Positions 9,036 through 18,434 of a stretch of 64,000 bases of DNA are shown here, piece after piece. Source of the DNA: an uncultured Pseudomonadota bacterium (GTDB lineage: Bacteria; Oederibacteriota; Muellerivitia; Muellerivitales; Muellerivitaceae); NCBI GenBank assembly GCA_963843375.1, contig CAWJKT010000001.1, positions 32,001-96,000 on the forward strand. Reading direction: 5' to 3'. The position numbers and the translations under genes were made by a program. Within the stretch, counting starts at the first letter, position 1, and each line of letters begins with the position of its first letter. The notes under the pieces are model-generated. The model was not told the DNA's origin. It saw only the letters and a list, made by a program, of their open reading frames with translations, and made no database searches.

Positions 9036-9383
9036 TTGAAAAAGATACTTTTGATTTGGACGAGTACAATTCTTTTAGTTTTCGTTTCCAGCATAACGGT
9101 AGCCCAGGCCCCCAACACCCAAACGGTTACCACCCCGGAAACTTTGAAGGGAAATCCGTCTTCCAATATAAAAGACGGATTGTTGGACATTAATAAGGCC
9201 ACCCGCGACCAATTAACCGCCTTGGGATTGAGCAGCGCCGCCGCAGACAGGATCATCCAAGAACGTCCTTTCCATCGTAAGCACGATTTGCTGTCCGATA
9301 AAGTTTTGAACGAAGAGGAATTTTCGATTATCAGGGGCAAAATTTTTGCATGGTCTCCGACGAAGAGTAAGCCGGTAAAATAA
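9036..9383 (+). CDS. Exported ComEA-like helix-hairpin-helix DNA-binding protein
   Basis: Signal peptide; LLDINKATRDQLTALGLSSAAADRIIQERPF HhH motif; SD GAGGAG. Confidence 0.8.
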   Translation: MKKILLIWTSTILLVFVSSITVAQAPNTQTVTTPETLKGNPSSNIKDGLLDINKATRDQLTALGLSSAAADRIIQERPFHRKHDLLSDKVLNEEEFSIIRGKIFAWSPTKSKPVK

Positions 9384-9713
9384 GTTTATTTTAACCTGAT
9401 TTTATTACCCGATTTCGACCCCCATCCTCATTAAAATCCTTTCTGTTTAGGGGGAAGTGCCGTTGAACATTTTTCAACTTCTTTAAAAAAATCCTTCCTT
9501 TTTCTAATCTCCGTAATTTTAAATATAACGAATTGCCCGGCTGATTTTGGGGACGCTTGCGAAACCACTGCCATGATTTTTCAACGAAATTTACCGTCTC
9601 ATTCAAAAAATAATTATTGTTTCATTCTAAATTAGGAAATTCCCTTTTTTAAAAAGTAAAAAAATCAGTCTTTTTAACCTTCCCGAAACAAAATTTTAAA
9701 TTGTTATTTTCAT

Positions 9714-9772
9714 TTAATTTATTTGTAACCCAGAAGTTACCTTTGACCTTTCTTTTTAACTTCTATTTAACG
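9714..9772 (+). promoter_or_regulatory. Putative Pho-box-like 11-bp-periodic direct repeats upstream of the porin
   Basis: TTAATT 9714, GTAACC 9725, GTTACC 9736; TTAACT 9756, TTAACG 9767. Confidence 0.45.
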
Positions 9773-9885
9773 AAAAATGTTTTTCATCGAAACATGACTA
9801 AATAATAATCCCGCATCTTTTCACCGTTAAACGCCAAACCTATGGCTGTGATTTTTCTAAATCCATTCGACCAAGGGGAATCCAA

Positions 9886-11496
9886 GTGAAACTTCAGAAA
9901 GTTCTCGGAATGTCGTTTGCCTTACTGCTTTTAGTTCTGTCGGGGTTAGGCCGATCCAACGCTCAAGAAGACGCGACGCCTGTTCCCGCAACTTCACCCA
10001 CTAGTCCGCAAACCCCGGAAGATCAAGCTACCCCGGTATCTGACACCAAGAAGTTGAATGTCAATGAAAAACTAAACGCTCTGGAAACGGAAAACCAAAA
10101 CCTCGAAGAACGCCTCAAAATTCTGGAAGATAAAGTTCAAAATCTCCCTACTTCGCCGTCTCCCGTCTCCACCCCTGCTTCCCAGAGCCCGGCTTTCGGC
10201 CCCGAAGGAGAAACCGAGGAAAACAGCAATGGAACCATGACTCGGGGAGTACATGACATGCCCGTCACTTTAATCGGGGGCAATGAGTATATGTATTCGG
10301 AAGGGCGGTACTTGTCCTTCTCAAATCCGGAAGGCGACACAGAGTTCAGAATTGGTGGTTATCAATGGACGGACCTCGATATGAATGTGCAGGACAAGTC
10401 GAATGGGCAATATAACTATATCAATGGGAGCACCCCGAATGGGTTCGACATGCGAAAAGCCCACCTGGATTTCCGTGGAAGCTTCGACAAGTTTGTTGGA
10501 GCGGCCATCGGCATTGAAAGCGATAAATCTACTGGTGTTAGCCTAGGCCTTTTCCACGCCTATGCCTATGTCAAATTCGACAAGGCCTTCGTGTTTCAAG
10601 CGGGAAAGATCACCAACGATTTAAGCTTGGAAGGACTCCAGCCAAGCGCCGACCTTCCTTTCGTTGAAGCCTCGATGATCGCCAACCTGACCGTCAACAA
10701 GGTTTTCGGAGCCGAGGTTCATGGCGAAGTGAACCATTTAATGGATTACGTGGTGGAAATCGACAACGGCCAACAGGACAACGAATCTTCCGCGACCGGT
10801 CCCGGCAAGCCTACGGGGGATATGAAAGACCTTACAGGACGAGTCTTCTTCACACCTTGGGAAAAATCAGGGGACGAATGGCTTCAAGGCCTGGGTTTCG
10901 GCGGGGGCGGCTCCTGGGATAACGAAACTAATGAGGATACTTCGGTTTGGTCGAAACTTGAAACATCCTTTGGCGGAAACTCTTTCGCGACCTATAGCGT
11001 TATACCTCGGAGCGATTTTTTCCATGTGGACGGACAAGGTTATTACTACAACGGGCCCTTTGGTTTTATGGGGGAATGGGTTCAATCCATCCAATGGGTC
11101 GGAGAAAACCCCACCGATCCCATGGTGGAGTTAGCCAATACCGCTTGGCTCACCGAAGTCCAATGGGTGTTCGGCGGAAAGGCAGGATTTGAGGGGGCAG
11201 AAGTAGATTATCCCTTCAATCCTTCCAAAGGTCATTGGGGCGCCCTGGAACTGGTGGCCCGAACGGACGCCAACCTCCTTGATCCTCAATCTTTCGCAAA
11301 AGGTTTCCCATATGCCCCGGCCACGCCCATGGCTACAGGAGCTGAAATCGCCCAGGCTTACGGTTTCGGATTTAACTGGTGGTTCGACGAAAATTTCAAA
11401 TGGATGTGTGATTTTGAAACAACAAATTTCTCGGGTGGCAACGAAAAGATTCTTCCGGAGGACGAGTTTATCGCCCGTGCGGCGCTTACCCTTTAA
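9886..11496 (+). CDS. Phosphate-selective porin OprO/OprP-family outer-membrane protein
   Basis: Signal peptide, coiled coil, GFDMRKAHL, SLEGLQPSADLPFVEAS, GRVFFTPW, WGALELVAR, GFNWW..ENFKWM. Confidence 0.8.
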   Translation: MKLQKVLGMSFALLLLVLSGLGRSNAQEDATPVPATSPTSPQTPEDQATPVSDTKKLNVNEKLNALETENQNLEERLKILEDKVQNLPTSPSPVSTPASQSPAFGPEGETEENSNGTMTRGVHDMPVTLIGGNEYMYSEGRYLSFSNPEGDTEFRIGGYQWTDLDMNVQDKSNGQYNYINGSTPNGFDMRKAHLDFRGSFDKFVGAAIGIESDKSTGVSLGLFHAYAYVKFDKAFVFQAGKITNDLSLEGLQPSADLPFVEASMIANLTVNKVFGAEVHGEVNHLMDYVVEIDNGQQDNESSATGPGKPTGDMKDLTGRVFFTPWEKSGDEWLQGLGFGGGGSWDNETNEDTSVWSKLETSFGGNSFATYSVIPRSDFFHVDGQGYYYNGPFGFMGEWVQSIQWVGENPTDPMVELANTAWLTEVQWVFGGKAGFEGAEVDYPFNPSKGHWGALELVARTDANLLDPQSFAKGFPYAPATPMATGAEIAQAYGFGFNWWFDENFKWMCDFETTNFSGGNEKILPEDEFIARAALTL

Positions 11497-11588
11497 AACA
11501 GGAAGTTGAATTTAGGGGAGCCAATAAGACAGTTAAAAGGTTTGGAACAAATTTTAAATTTAACCGAATTGAATTTAAGGAGGCCGAG

Positions 11589-12764
11589 ATGAAGACCCAA
11601 AAATTAATGACACCGATCGCATGGGGTGTCGGCGGGATAATCGGTGTATTTGCAATGGGAAGTTTGTTCATCTCCTGCAGTCCCAAGGCCATCCCAACAG
11701 CTCCCCCTACCCCAACCAATACTCCGACGGTTACAAGGACCCCCACATCCACGGGGACGGTTACCTACACTCCAACGTTAACTCCAAGTTCCACACCTTC
11801 GGCCACTCCCACGGCCACCTATCCCCCGGGAACTTACACGCCTACGCCTCTTCCAACCTCCACGGCTTCCAGCACGCCCACTTCAACAGTCACCGCGACT
11901 GTTACAGCGACTCCGGCTGGTGGCTTGGGACCCGGATCAATCGCTTTTACGGGAATCACCTATAACGGGGACAGCCAGATCGCTTTTGTTTCTACCACCC
12001 CTATTCCCAGCGGACAGGTCATATATTTCACCAACTATACCTGGGACGCAACCCTTGGCCAATTGGTGGATGAGAGTTACAACTGTTGTTCCGACACCAG
12101 CAACGGCTTAACAGTAGTTGAAGGAATCATTTCCTATACGGCCACAAGCGGGTTATCCGCCTATAACCAGGTCGTTATCAGCAACACTGGCGACGCTTCG
12201 AACGTCCTTCAAGGCGGAGCGGTAGCTCTGGTTAATGGAAATGTTGCCGATCCGGGCGACTCTTGGTTGTTACTAAACCATAACGGAAATGGCGATAAAA
12301 TTTTAGCCTTTACGACTACCGCATCCTCTCCTAGTACCGTTACGATCACCTCTTCCAATACCACATTCCTGGGTGCCATCATCTTTGGCCCCGATTCTTG
12401 GCTTTCGACCGAACCCGTGAACGTTAATTTAAGCACTCCCTCCGCCACGGGGGTTCCACCCTTTTACGATTCCAACCTTCCACCAGGCCTGGTGAACGGC
12501 ACGACGGCCACCGATCTTTCAACTCTTTGGAATGGAGCAGCTAATTTGAGTCAATATGCGGATGTTGACGATCAAAACGACAACGCAATTGTGAACAGTT
12601 GTAACAGCAGTTTATCCGCCTTCGTGAGTCCAGCCGATTGGGACGTGGACGGGAACCAAAGTAAATCAGCCGTATGTTTGAGCGTTTACGCCAAATCAGG
12701 GGCCACGGCGGTCCAAACGCCTTGCCCCTCCGGCAGTGGAGGTTTTAGCGGAAACCTTCCTTGA
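11589..12764 (+). CDS. Lipoprotein: Pro/Thr stalk plus one copy of an uncharacterised ~260-aa domain
   Basis: Lipobox FISC, PT repeats, domain GSIAF...IYFTN...LNHNG...IFGPD.W...DNA; SD AAGGAGG. Confidence 0.85.
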   Translation: MKTQKLMTPIAWGVGGIIGVFAMGSLFISCSPKAIPTAPPTPTNTPTVTRTPTSTGTVTYTPTLTPSSTPSATPTATYPPGTYTPTPLPTSTASSTPTSTVTATVTATPAGGLGPGSIAFTGITYNGDSQIAFVSTTPIPSGQVIYFTNYTWDATLGQLVDESYNCCSDTSNGLTVVEGIISYTATSGLSAYNQVVISNTGDASNVLQGGAVALVNGNVADPGDSWLLLNHNGNGDKILAFTTTASSPSTVTITSSNTTFLGAIIFGPDSWLSTEPVNVNLSTPSATGVPPFYDSNLPPGLVNGTTATDLSTLWNGAANLSQYADVDDQNDNAIVNSCNSSLSAFVSPADWDVDGNQSKSAVCLSVYAKSGATAVQTPCPSGSGGFSGNLP

Positions 12765-12935
12765 ACTGGGTTCAGGGTAAAGGCTTAGTTATTTTTTGAC
12801 AGCCTATTCCATAAGTTTTTTTCAACGCCCACCGATGATTTTACCGGATTGGAGTCCTCGGTATTGGCCGAGGACCGGCCCGTCCGAGAGTTTTTAAAAC
12901 CATTAATGATTAAAGTTTTTTTAAGGAGACATTCG

Positions 12936-15161
12936 ATGAGTTCGAATCAAAAGCCGCTTGAAATCAGCCATTACATTCCCCTCTTTGGAATCCTTTTGAC
13001 CTTTGCCTTCCTAAGCTTTGGTTGCCCGGGGAAAAACAATCCCACTACTCCCACCTCCATTACGCCTACCGCGGTAGTTTCGGGTCCCTCAAGTACGGCA
13101 ACTTCAACCGCGACTAGTACTGCTACTGCGACCCCAACCCGCACGGCACTTTCTACTTCAACCACCACTCCAACTTCCTCACCCAGCCAAACGATAACAA
13201 GTTCCATTACCCCGACTGCGTCTCTCACGGTCACCTCAACCGTGATTGGAACAGCCACATCCACGGCTACCAATAGCCCAACGGGAACACCAAGTATTAC
13301 GGCGACGTCCACGTCTACGGCAACCGTTACCATTACCCCTTTGCCCAATTTGACCCCGGGCTCCATTGCCTTTAGCGCATTCGTACAAAATGGGAGCAGC
13401 GAATTTAGTTTCGTCGCGACCAACAGTTTGGTCGCCAACCAGGTGATTTATTTCACGACTAATTCCTATGATAACACTGTTGGAGGCTTGGTAAGTTTCG
13501 CGGAAGCCGATCCCAGCGGCGCTTCCGGCCAGGGCGTCACCACTGGTATTATTTCCTATACCGCTCCGACGACGGGATTAGGGTCCTATATACCAGTAGT
13601 CATAGCCAAGACCGGCAATGACTTCAGTTTGTTACAGGGCGGAACGATTGCCAATGTGTCGGGTAATGCCGGCTCAACCTATCTTGTACTTAACCATAAC
13701 GGGGAAGGGCAAAAAATATTGGCCTTTACCATTAGTGCGGGGGTTACCCAATACTTAGCGGGCTTGATTTTCGGGCCTGATACCTGGCAGACCAGCGGTT
13801 CAGTTGTCAACTACTGGGATTCCTATAACCCTCTCTCGACTTATGGCTCCACCTACACAACCGATCTCTCCGGCCTTTGGAGCAGTGATAGCCTGAGCAG
13901 TTTTGTGACGCAAGGGAACCAAAATGCCGTCCTGAACACTTGCCAAACGACTTTAGCTGGAATCGTGAATCCCACGAATTGGGTGGCGGACGGGAACATT
14001 CCAAAACCTTCTGCCCCAGGTGTTAGCAGTACCACTACGTTGGGTTTGGAATCCGGTCCACTAGCGGTTTGCGCAAATGGAAGCGCCGGCTGGACAGGCA
14101 CTCTGCCGCCTTCCAACTTTAACTACACACCAACACCTAGTGGCACCCCGTCCAACACGGAAACCTATAGTCCAACCGAAACACCCAGCGATACGGCCAC
14201 AGAAACGATTACTGGTACTTCCACCAATACTCCTCAGGTCACCAGCACCCCGTCGAACTCGCCCACCCAAACGGCGTCATTTACGGTGACTTCCACGCTT
14301 ACCAATAGCCCCACGGCAACAGTTACGAATACTCCATTACCCAATTTGACACCGGGTTCTATCGCTTTTACCGGCTTCGTTCAGAATGGAAGCAGTGAAT
14401 TCGCTTTCGTGGCACCTAGCGGCTTGAGTGCCAGCCAAGTCGTTTACTTCACTAATGAGGGCTACGATAACACCATCGGTAATTTGTTCATCAATAACGC
14501 CACGGTCGCCGCTGATTCGACGACAATTGTTGAAACTATTATTTCCTACACAGCTCCGACGACGGGGCTGGGAAGTTACGTTCCCGTGGTTATCTCCAAA
14601 GTCGCCAATGACCCCAACCTGTTGCAGGGTGGGACTGCGTCGGGCAACCTTACGCTTAACCACAATGGGCTAGGACATAAGATTCTGGCCTTTACGGTCA
14701 GCGCGGGCGTCACTGAATATGTGGCAGGCTTGATTTTTGGGCCGGATAGCTGGCTCCCGAACGCCACGGAACCAGTTACCTTTTACGATTCGAACCTTCC
14801 ACCGGGGTTGAGTTCCACAACTACTACTGATCTTTCAAGTGCTTGGAACAGCAACAGCCTTGAAAGCGTAGCGGCCGAAGGCAACGATAACGCGGTCTTG
14901 AACACCTGCGAATCGACTTTGTCGGCGGTCGTAAACCCCTCCAATTGGGTGGTTGATGGGAATATTCCGACTTATAGCGCTTCAAAACCCACCGCCAGTT
15001 TGGGCTTGGATTCAGGTCCCTTGGTCGTTTGCGCGAGTGGCAGCGCTGGTTGGACGGGCACCATGCCCCCCACCAACTATGACTACACATCAACACCCAC
15101 CAATACACCAACTGAAACCGCTACGGATACTCCCACTCCCACGCCTTCAGCAACTCCCTAA
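12936..15161 (+). CDS. Lipoprotein: Thr/Pro stalks plus two tandem copies of the same domain
   Basis: ATG 12936 with SD AAGGAG; lipobox SFGC; PLPNLTPGSIAF...FVQNGSSEF repeated twice. Confidence 0.88.
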   Translation: MSSNQKPLEISHYIPLFGILLTFAFLSFGCPGKNNPTTPTSITPTAVVSGPSSTATSTATSTATATPTRTALSTSTTTPTSSPSQTITSSITPTASLTVTSTVIGTATSTATNSPTGTPSITATSTSTATVTITPLPNLTPGSIAFSAFVQNGSSEFSFVATNSLVANQVIYFTTNSYDNTVGGLVSFAEADPSGASGQGVTTGIISYTAPTTGLGSYIPVVIAKTGNDFSLLQGGTIANVSGNAGSTYLVLNHNGEGQKILAFTISAGVTQYLAGLIFGPDTWQTSGSVVNYWDSYNPLSTYGSTYTTDLSGLWSSDSLSSFVTQGNQNAVLNTCQTTLAGIVNPTNWVADGNIPKPSAPGVSSTTTLGLESGPLAVCANGSAGWTGTLPPSNFNYTPTPSGTPSNTETYSPTETPSDTATETITGTSTNTPQVTSTPSNSPTQTASFTVTSTLTNSPTATVTNTPLPNLTPGSIAFTGFVQNGSSEFAFVAPSGLSASQVVYFTNEGYDNTIGNLFINNATVAADSTTIVETIISYTAPTTGLGSYVPVVISKVANDPNLLQGGTASGNLTLNHNGLGHKILAFTVSAGVTEYVAGLIFGPDSWLPNATEPVTFYDSNLPPGLSSTTTTDLSSAWNSNSLESVAAEGNDNAVLNTCESTLSAVVNPSNWVVDGNIPTYSASKPTASLGLDSGPLVVCASGSAGWTGTMPPTNYDYTSTPTNTPTETATDTPTPTPSATP
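13338..15089 (+). repeat. Intragenic tandem domain duplication (~13338-14130 and ~14334-15089)
   Basis: Shared blocks IISYTAPTTGLGSY, LNHNG.G.KILAFT.SAGVT.Y.AGLIFGPD.W, GPL.VCA.GSAGWTGT.PP. Confidence 0.92.
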
Positions 15162-15186
15162 ATATAGGGATTAGTCGAAAGTTATG

Positions 15187-15218
15187 GCCCGGGGATAATC
15201 ACCACGGGCTTTTCTTTT
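15187..15218 (+). terminator. Probable intrinsic terminator
   Basis: GCCCGGGG-ataatca-CCACGGGC followed by TTTTCTTTT. Confidence 0.55.
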
Positions 15219-15258
15219 CCAATCCAAGAAACATTAATTCATTTTAAGGGAGGCAAGA

Positions 15259-16650
15259 ATGCGTTCAGGATTGCATCGGTTCGTTAAGGTTCCGCTTGTA
15301 TTGGCTGTCTTATTAGTCAGTATTCCATCGGTTTGGGCGGGGGGACTGCCTTGGACAGCGTCCCAACAGGAGGGTACCTTCCTTATTTTGGCAGACATCC
15401 ATTTCGATCCTTATGCGGACACCTCACTGGTTCCTAAACTGGCGGCTTCGCCGGTCGACCAATGGCAGTCCATCCTCGAGACCTCCAAAATCACCCAATT
15501 TTCTGCCTATGGAAAAGACACCAACTATCCTCTCTTTGAATCAAGCCTCGAAGCTGCGGCCCGGTTGGACGAGAATTGTGATTATGTCCTGGTGAACGGA
15601 GATTATATTTCCCACCACTTCCGGGCCGATTTTACCAAAAACCTCCACGGTGATGAAAAGGCCTACCAGGATTTCGTTCTGAAGACGGTGGTTTTCGTTA
15701 GCCGTCAAATCCAGCAGGCTTTTCCTCATGTACCGGTTTATTTCTGTCTTGGTAACAACGACTCGGACTGTGACGATTATGGCGGTATCACCCCGGACTC
15801 TCCCTTCCTTCCCGCATTGGCAAAAGAATGGACGACGGTTGCCAACGACCCGGAGGCGGTTAAAACCTTTCTGCTGGGCGGTTATTACACGGTGGCCCAT
15901 CCCACCCTCAAAGGAAGGAGGTTCGTGGTTTTCAACGATGTGTCCTGGTCCAAAAAGTACGAACCTGCCTGCCACACTCCAGGGACGATCGGGGAAGACG
16001 AGATGAACTGGCTATCCGGCGTCCTACAGGAGGCTCGGCAAAAAAGGGAAAGGGTAACCCTTATCACCCACATGCCCCCGGGCATCAATGGCCGCAACGC
16101 CACCGAACACACGGACCGCACCACCAAACCCCAGCATACCTTTTATGACCCGGGCTATCTCTGGCCCTTTCTCAACGCACTAGCCCCTTACAGGGACCTG
16201 ATCGACGCCGAGTTCACAGGCCATACCCACATGGATGACTTTCGGGTGATGGTCGACCGGCAGGGCAAACCAGCATTCTTTACGCATATCGCCCCGGCGG
16301 TGAGTCCGGTACACCATAACAATCCAGGATTCCAGGTCATGTTGTACAACAAGGAAAGCGGGAATCTGGAAGACATGGCCACCTATTTTGTTCCCCTAGA
16401 CAAGCCGGGAACCCCATGGAAACTTGAATATGATTTCAAGGAGGCCTATTCGCTCTCCTCCTACAATATGGACAGCTTGATTACCCTAGCCAATGCCATC
16501 GAAAACGACCCGAAAGTTCGGTCACGGTTTATTCAATATATGTCGGTATCTTGTACTGACGACCCGCCCGCGACTATGACGAACTGGAGATTCTTTGGTT
16601 GCGCGCACTTGAACATGGATCCCGACTCATACAAGAATTGTTACCAATAA
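15259..16650 (+). CDS. Secreted metallophosphoesterase, acid sphingomyelinase/SMPDL3-like phosphodiesterase
   Basis: DIHFDP, GD, GNND, H, GHTH calcineurin-like motifs; PAVSP..NNPGF and W.LEYDF.EAY ASMase-like tail; signal peptide. Confidence 0.9.
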   Translation: MRSGLHRFVKVPLVLAVLLVSIPSVWAGGLPWTASQQEGTFLILADIHFDPYADTSLVPKLAASPVDQWQSILETSKITQFSAYGKDTNYPLFESSLEAAARLDENCDYVLVNGDYISHHFRADFTKNLHGDEKAYQDFVLKTVVFVSRQIQQAFPHVPVYFCLGNNDSDCDDYGGITPDSPFLPALAKEWTTVANDPEAVKTFLLGGYYTVAHPTLKGRRFVVFNDVSWSKKYEPACHTPGTIGEDEMNWLSGVLQEARQKRERVTLITHMPPGINGRNATEHTDRTTKPQHTFYDPGYLWPFLNALAPYRDLIDAEFTGHTHMDDFRVMVDRQGKPAFFTHIAPAVSPVHHNNPGFQVMLYNKESGNLEDMATYFVPLDKPGTPWKLEYDFKEAYSLSSYNMDSLITLANAIENDPKVRSRFIQYMSVSCTDDPPATMTNWRFFGCAHLNMDPDSYKNCYQ

Positions 16651-16889
16651 GCGGGTAAACTTGGAACAAATCGTTTTCCCGCTGTACATCTTGGAAGCCG
16701 TCCTTCTTTTGGGGAAAACAAGGCGGAGAAATTCTCAAAAACGAGGGAAATATTTGCGTTTTTGAATCAACAGCTTTTCCGAAGGTTCAATTTAACCTAT
16801 CCCGTCAGCCGACTTTTTGATTTTTTTGGTACAATCATATTCGATCCATTTTAGAGGGCAACGAGCCTAACCTTTTTGATGGGGAGGAT

Positions 16890-18410
16890 ATGATGATAAA
16901 AAGCCCTTTCCTGTTTGGTTTGTTATTTTTTACTTGTTTCATTCCGAAGGTCCTCTTCGCCGTACCTAATCCCTTTCAGCAAGTGGTTACTCTCAATACC
17001 GGCGTCAGCCCCCGGGGTGTAGCCACCGGCGACGTCTTCGGCAACGGAACCACAGATTTAATCGTCGCAAATTTCGGATCACCTACGTTCATCGGGCAAT
17101 CAACCCCCGCCTCCGTTTTGGCCCTCGGCAATTCATCCATTCAAATTTTTGTCCCCTCGCCGAACGGCTTGGTTTCGGCTGGGACAATCCCCACAGCCTC
17201 CAGTCCGAGGGGCCTTTCCACGTTTAAATTAATACCCGGGGAAGCCGATGATATCCTGGTGACAGGTTACGACGCCAACTTGGTCCAAATCTTCGGATGG
17301 CAGGGCGAGAAGTTTACTCAAATTGACCAAGCGCCGACCATGAATATGCCCGTTGGGGTCGCGGCTGGACTTACTCGGCCAGGTGGGACGCCCTTTGTCG
17401 TTGTCGCCGATTTCGGTACGAACAGCATTTCTATCTACCCGGTAAAAAATGGAAAGCTTGGCGCGAGAACCGACATCCCGGTGGATGGAGGCCCGACCCA
17501 AGTGGCCGTGGGAAACTTGAGCGGATCGGGATTCAACGAGATCGCGGTGGTCTGTCTCACGTCGGACAAGATAGACCTGCTGGCCGTGAAAAGCGACGAT
17601 CCTTCCACCTATGCCACGCTTCCTTCCCTCAGCCTTCCGCAGAACAGCGCGCCGTCGGATTTAAAATTAGCAGACCTGAACCACGATGGGAAAACCGACA
17701 TGGTCGTTTCGGATTTCTCCACCAACTCGATTACGGTTTATCTGCAACAGCCGGGCGGTAACCTCCTGCCCCAGGCCCCCGTGGCAACCAGCGGGAGCCA
17801 TCCCAATGGCTTGACCGTGGCTGACCTCACTGGACAAGGAAGCCCGAACATCATCGTGGCAAACCGGGATTCGAATTCCTTGGATATTTTCCAGTGGTCG
17901 GGCCTTCAATTTGTCCTCAACCAGACTTTAAAAGTCTCGCAGGATTCCGCGGTCACTTTTGGGCCCGTGGAAGTGGCAGCCCTGGACGTGACCGGACAGG
18001 GAAGCATGGCCCTGGCCACCAGTCATATGAGTTCCAACAGTCTTAAAGTTTTGCCTCTGAATATCACGGCCCAGCCGGCCTCAATTCCTCTGGGCAACTC
18101 TAATTTGAACGGAGGGGGTGTTTTTTCAGCGGAGTCCACCTATTGTTTCCCCAACCCGGCCCGCGGAGGGGACGTCAAATTTACTTTCCAACTGCCTTCG
18201 CCTTCGGTGGTGGAAATACGGGTTTTCGATATTACAGGCGCAGCCGTTTGGAGTGAAACCTTGCAGGCCTCCCAAACCCAGGCGGGAACCAATAACGTGG
18301 ATTGGAACTTGACCAACTACGGGGGCACAAAATTAGCCAGCGGAATGTATGTATACAGCCTCACAATCGGTGGCCAAACAATAACCCGAAAATTGGCAGT
18401 CATTCACTAA
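16890..18410 (+). CDS. Secreted FG-GAP/VCBS-repeat beta-propeller with T9SS-CTD/FlgD-Ig-like tail
   Basis: GDVFGNG..DLIVAN, ADLNHDGKTDMVVSD repeats; tail FPNP...IRVFDITG...W...G..LASGMY...KLAVIH. Confidence 0.88.
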   Translation: MMIKSPFLFGLLFFTCFIPKVLFAVPNPFQQVVTLNTGVSPRGVATGDVFGNGTTDLIVANFGSPTFIGQSTPASVLALGNSSIQIFVPSPNGLVSAGTIPTASSPRGLSTFKLIPGEADDILVTGYDANLVQIFGWQGEKFTQIDQAPTMNMPVGVAAGLTRPGGTPFVVVADFGTNSISIYPVKNGKLGARTDIPVDGGPTQVAVGNLSGSGFNEIAVVCLTSDKIDLLAVKSDDPSTYATLPSLSLPQNSAPSDLKLADLNHDGKTDMVVSDFSTNSITVYLQQPGGNLLPQAPVATSGSHPNGLTVADLTGQGSPNIIVANRDSNSLDIFQWSGLQFVLNQTLKVSQDSAVTFGPVEVAALDVTGQGSMALATSHMSSNSLKVLPLNITAQPASIPLGNSNLNGGGVFSAESTYCFPNPARGGDVKFTFQLPSPSVVEIRVFDITGAAVWSETLQASQTQAGTNNVDWNLTNYGGTKLASGMYVYSLTIGGQTITRKLAVIH

Positions 18411-18434
18411 AGCTGAGGTTGGCTTCGGCTTTTT
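18410..18434. terminator. Terminator hairpin between convergent genes
   Basis: AAGCTGAGG-ttgg-CTTCGGCTT followed by T run. Confidence 0.6.

Noticed and set aside
11700..15160. Pro/Thr repeat tracts as CRISPR or tandem DNA repeats
   Set aside because: Low-complexity coding linkers with varied codons; no repeat-spacer periodicity and no cas genes
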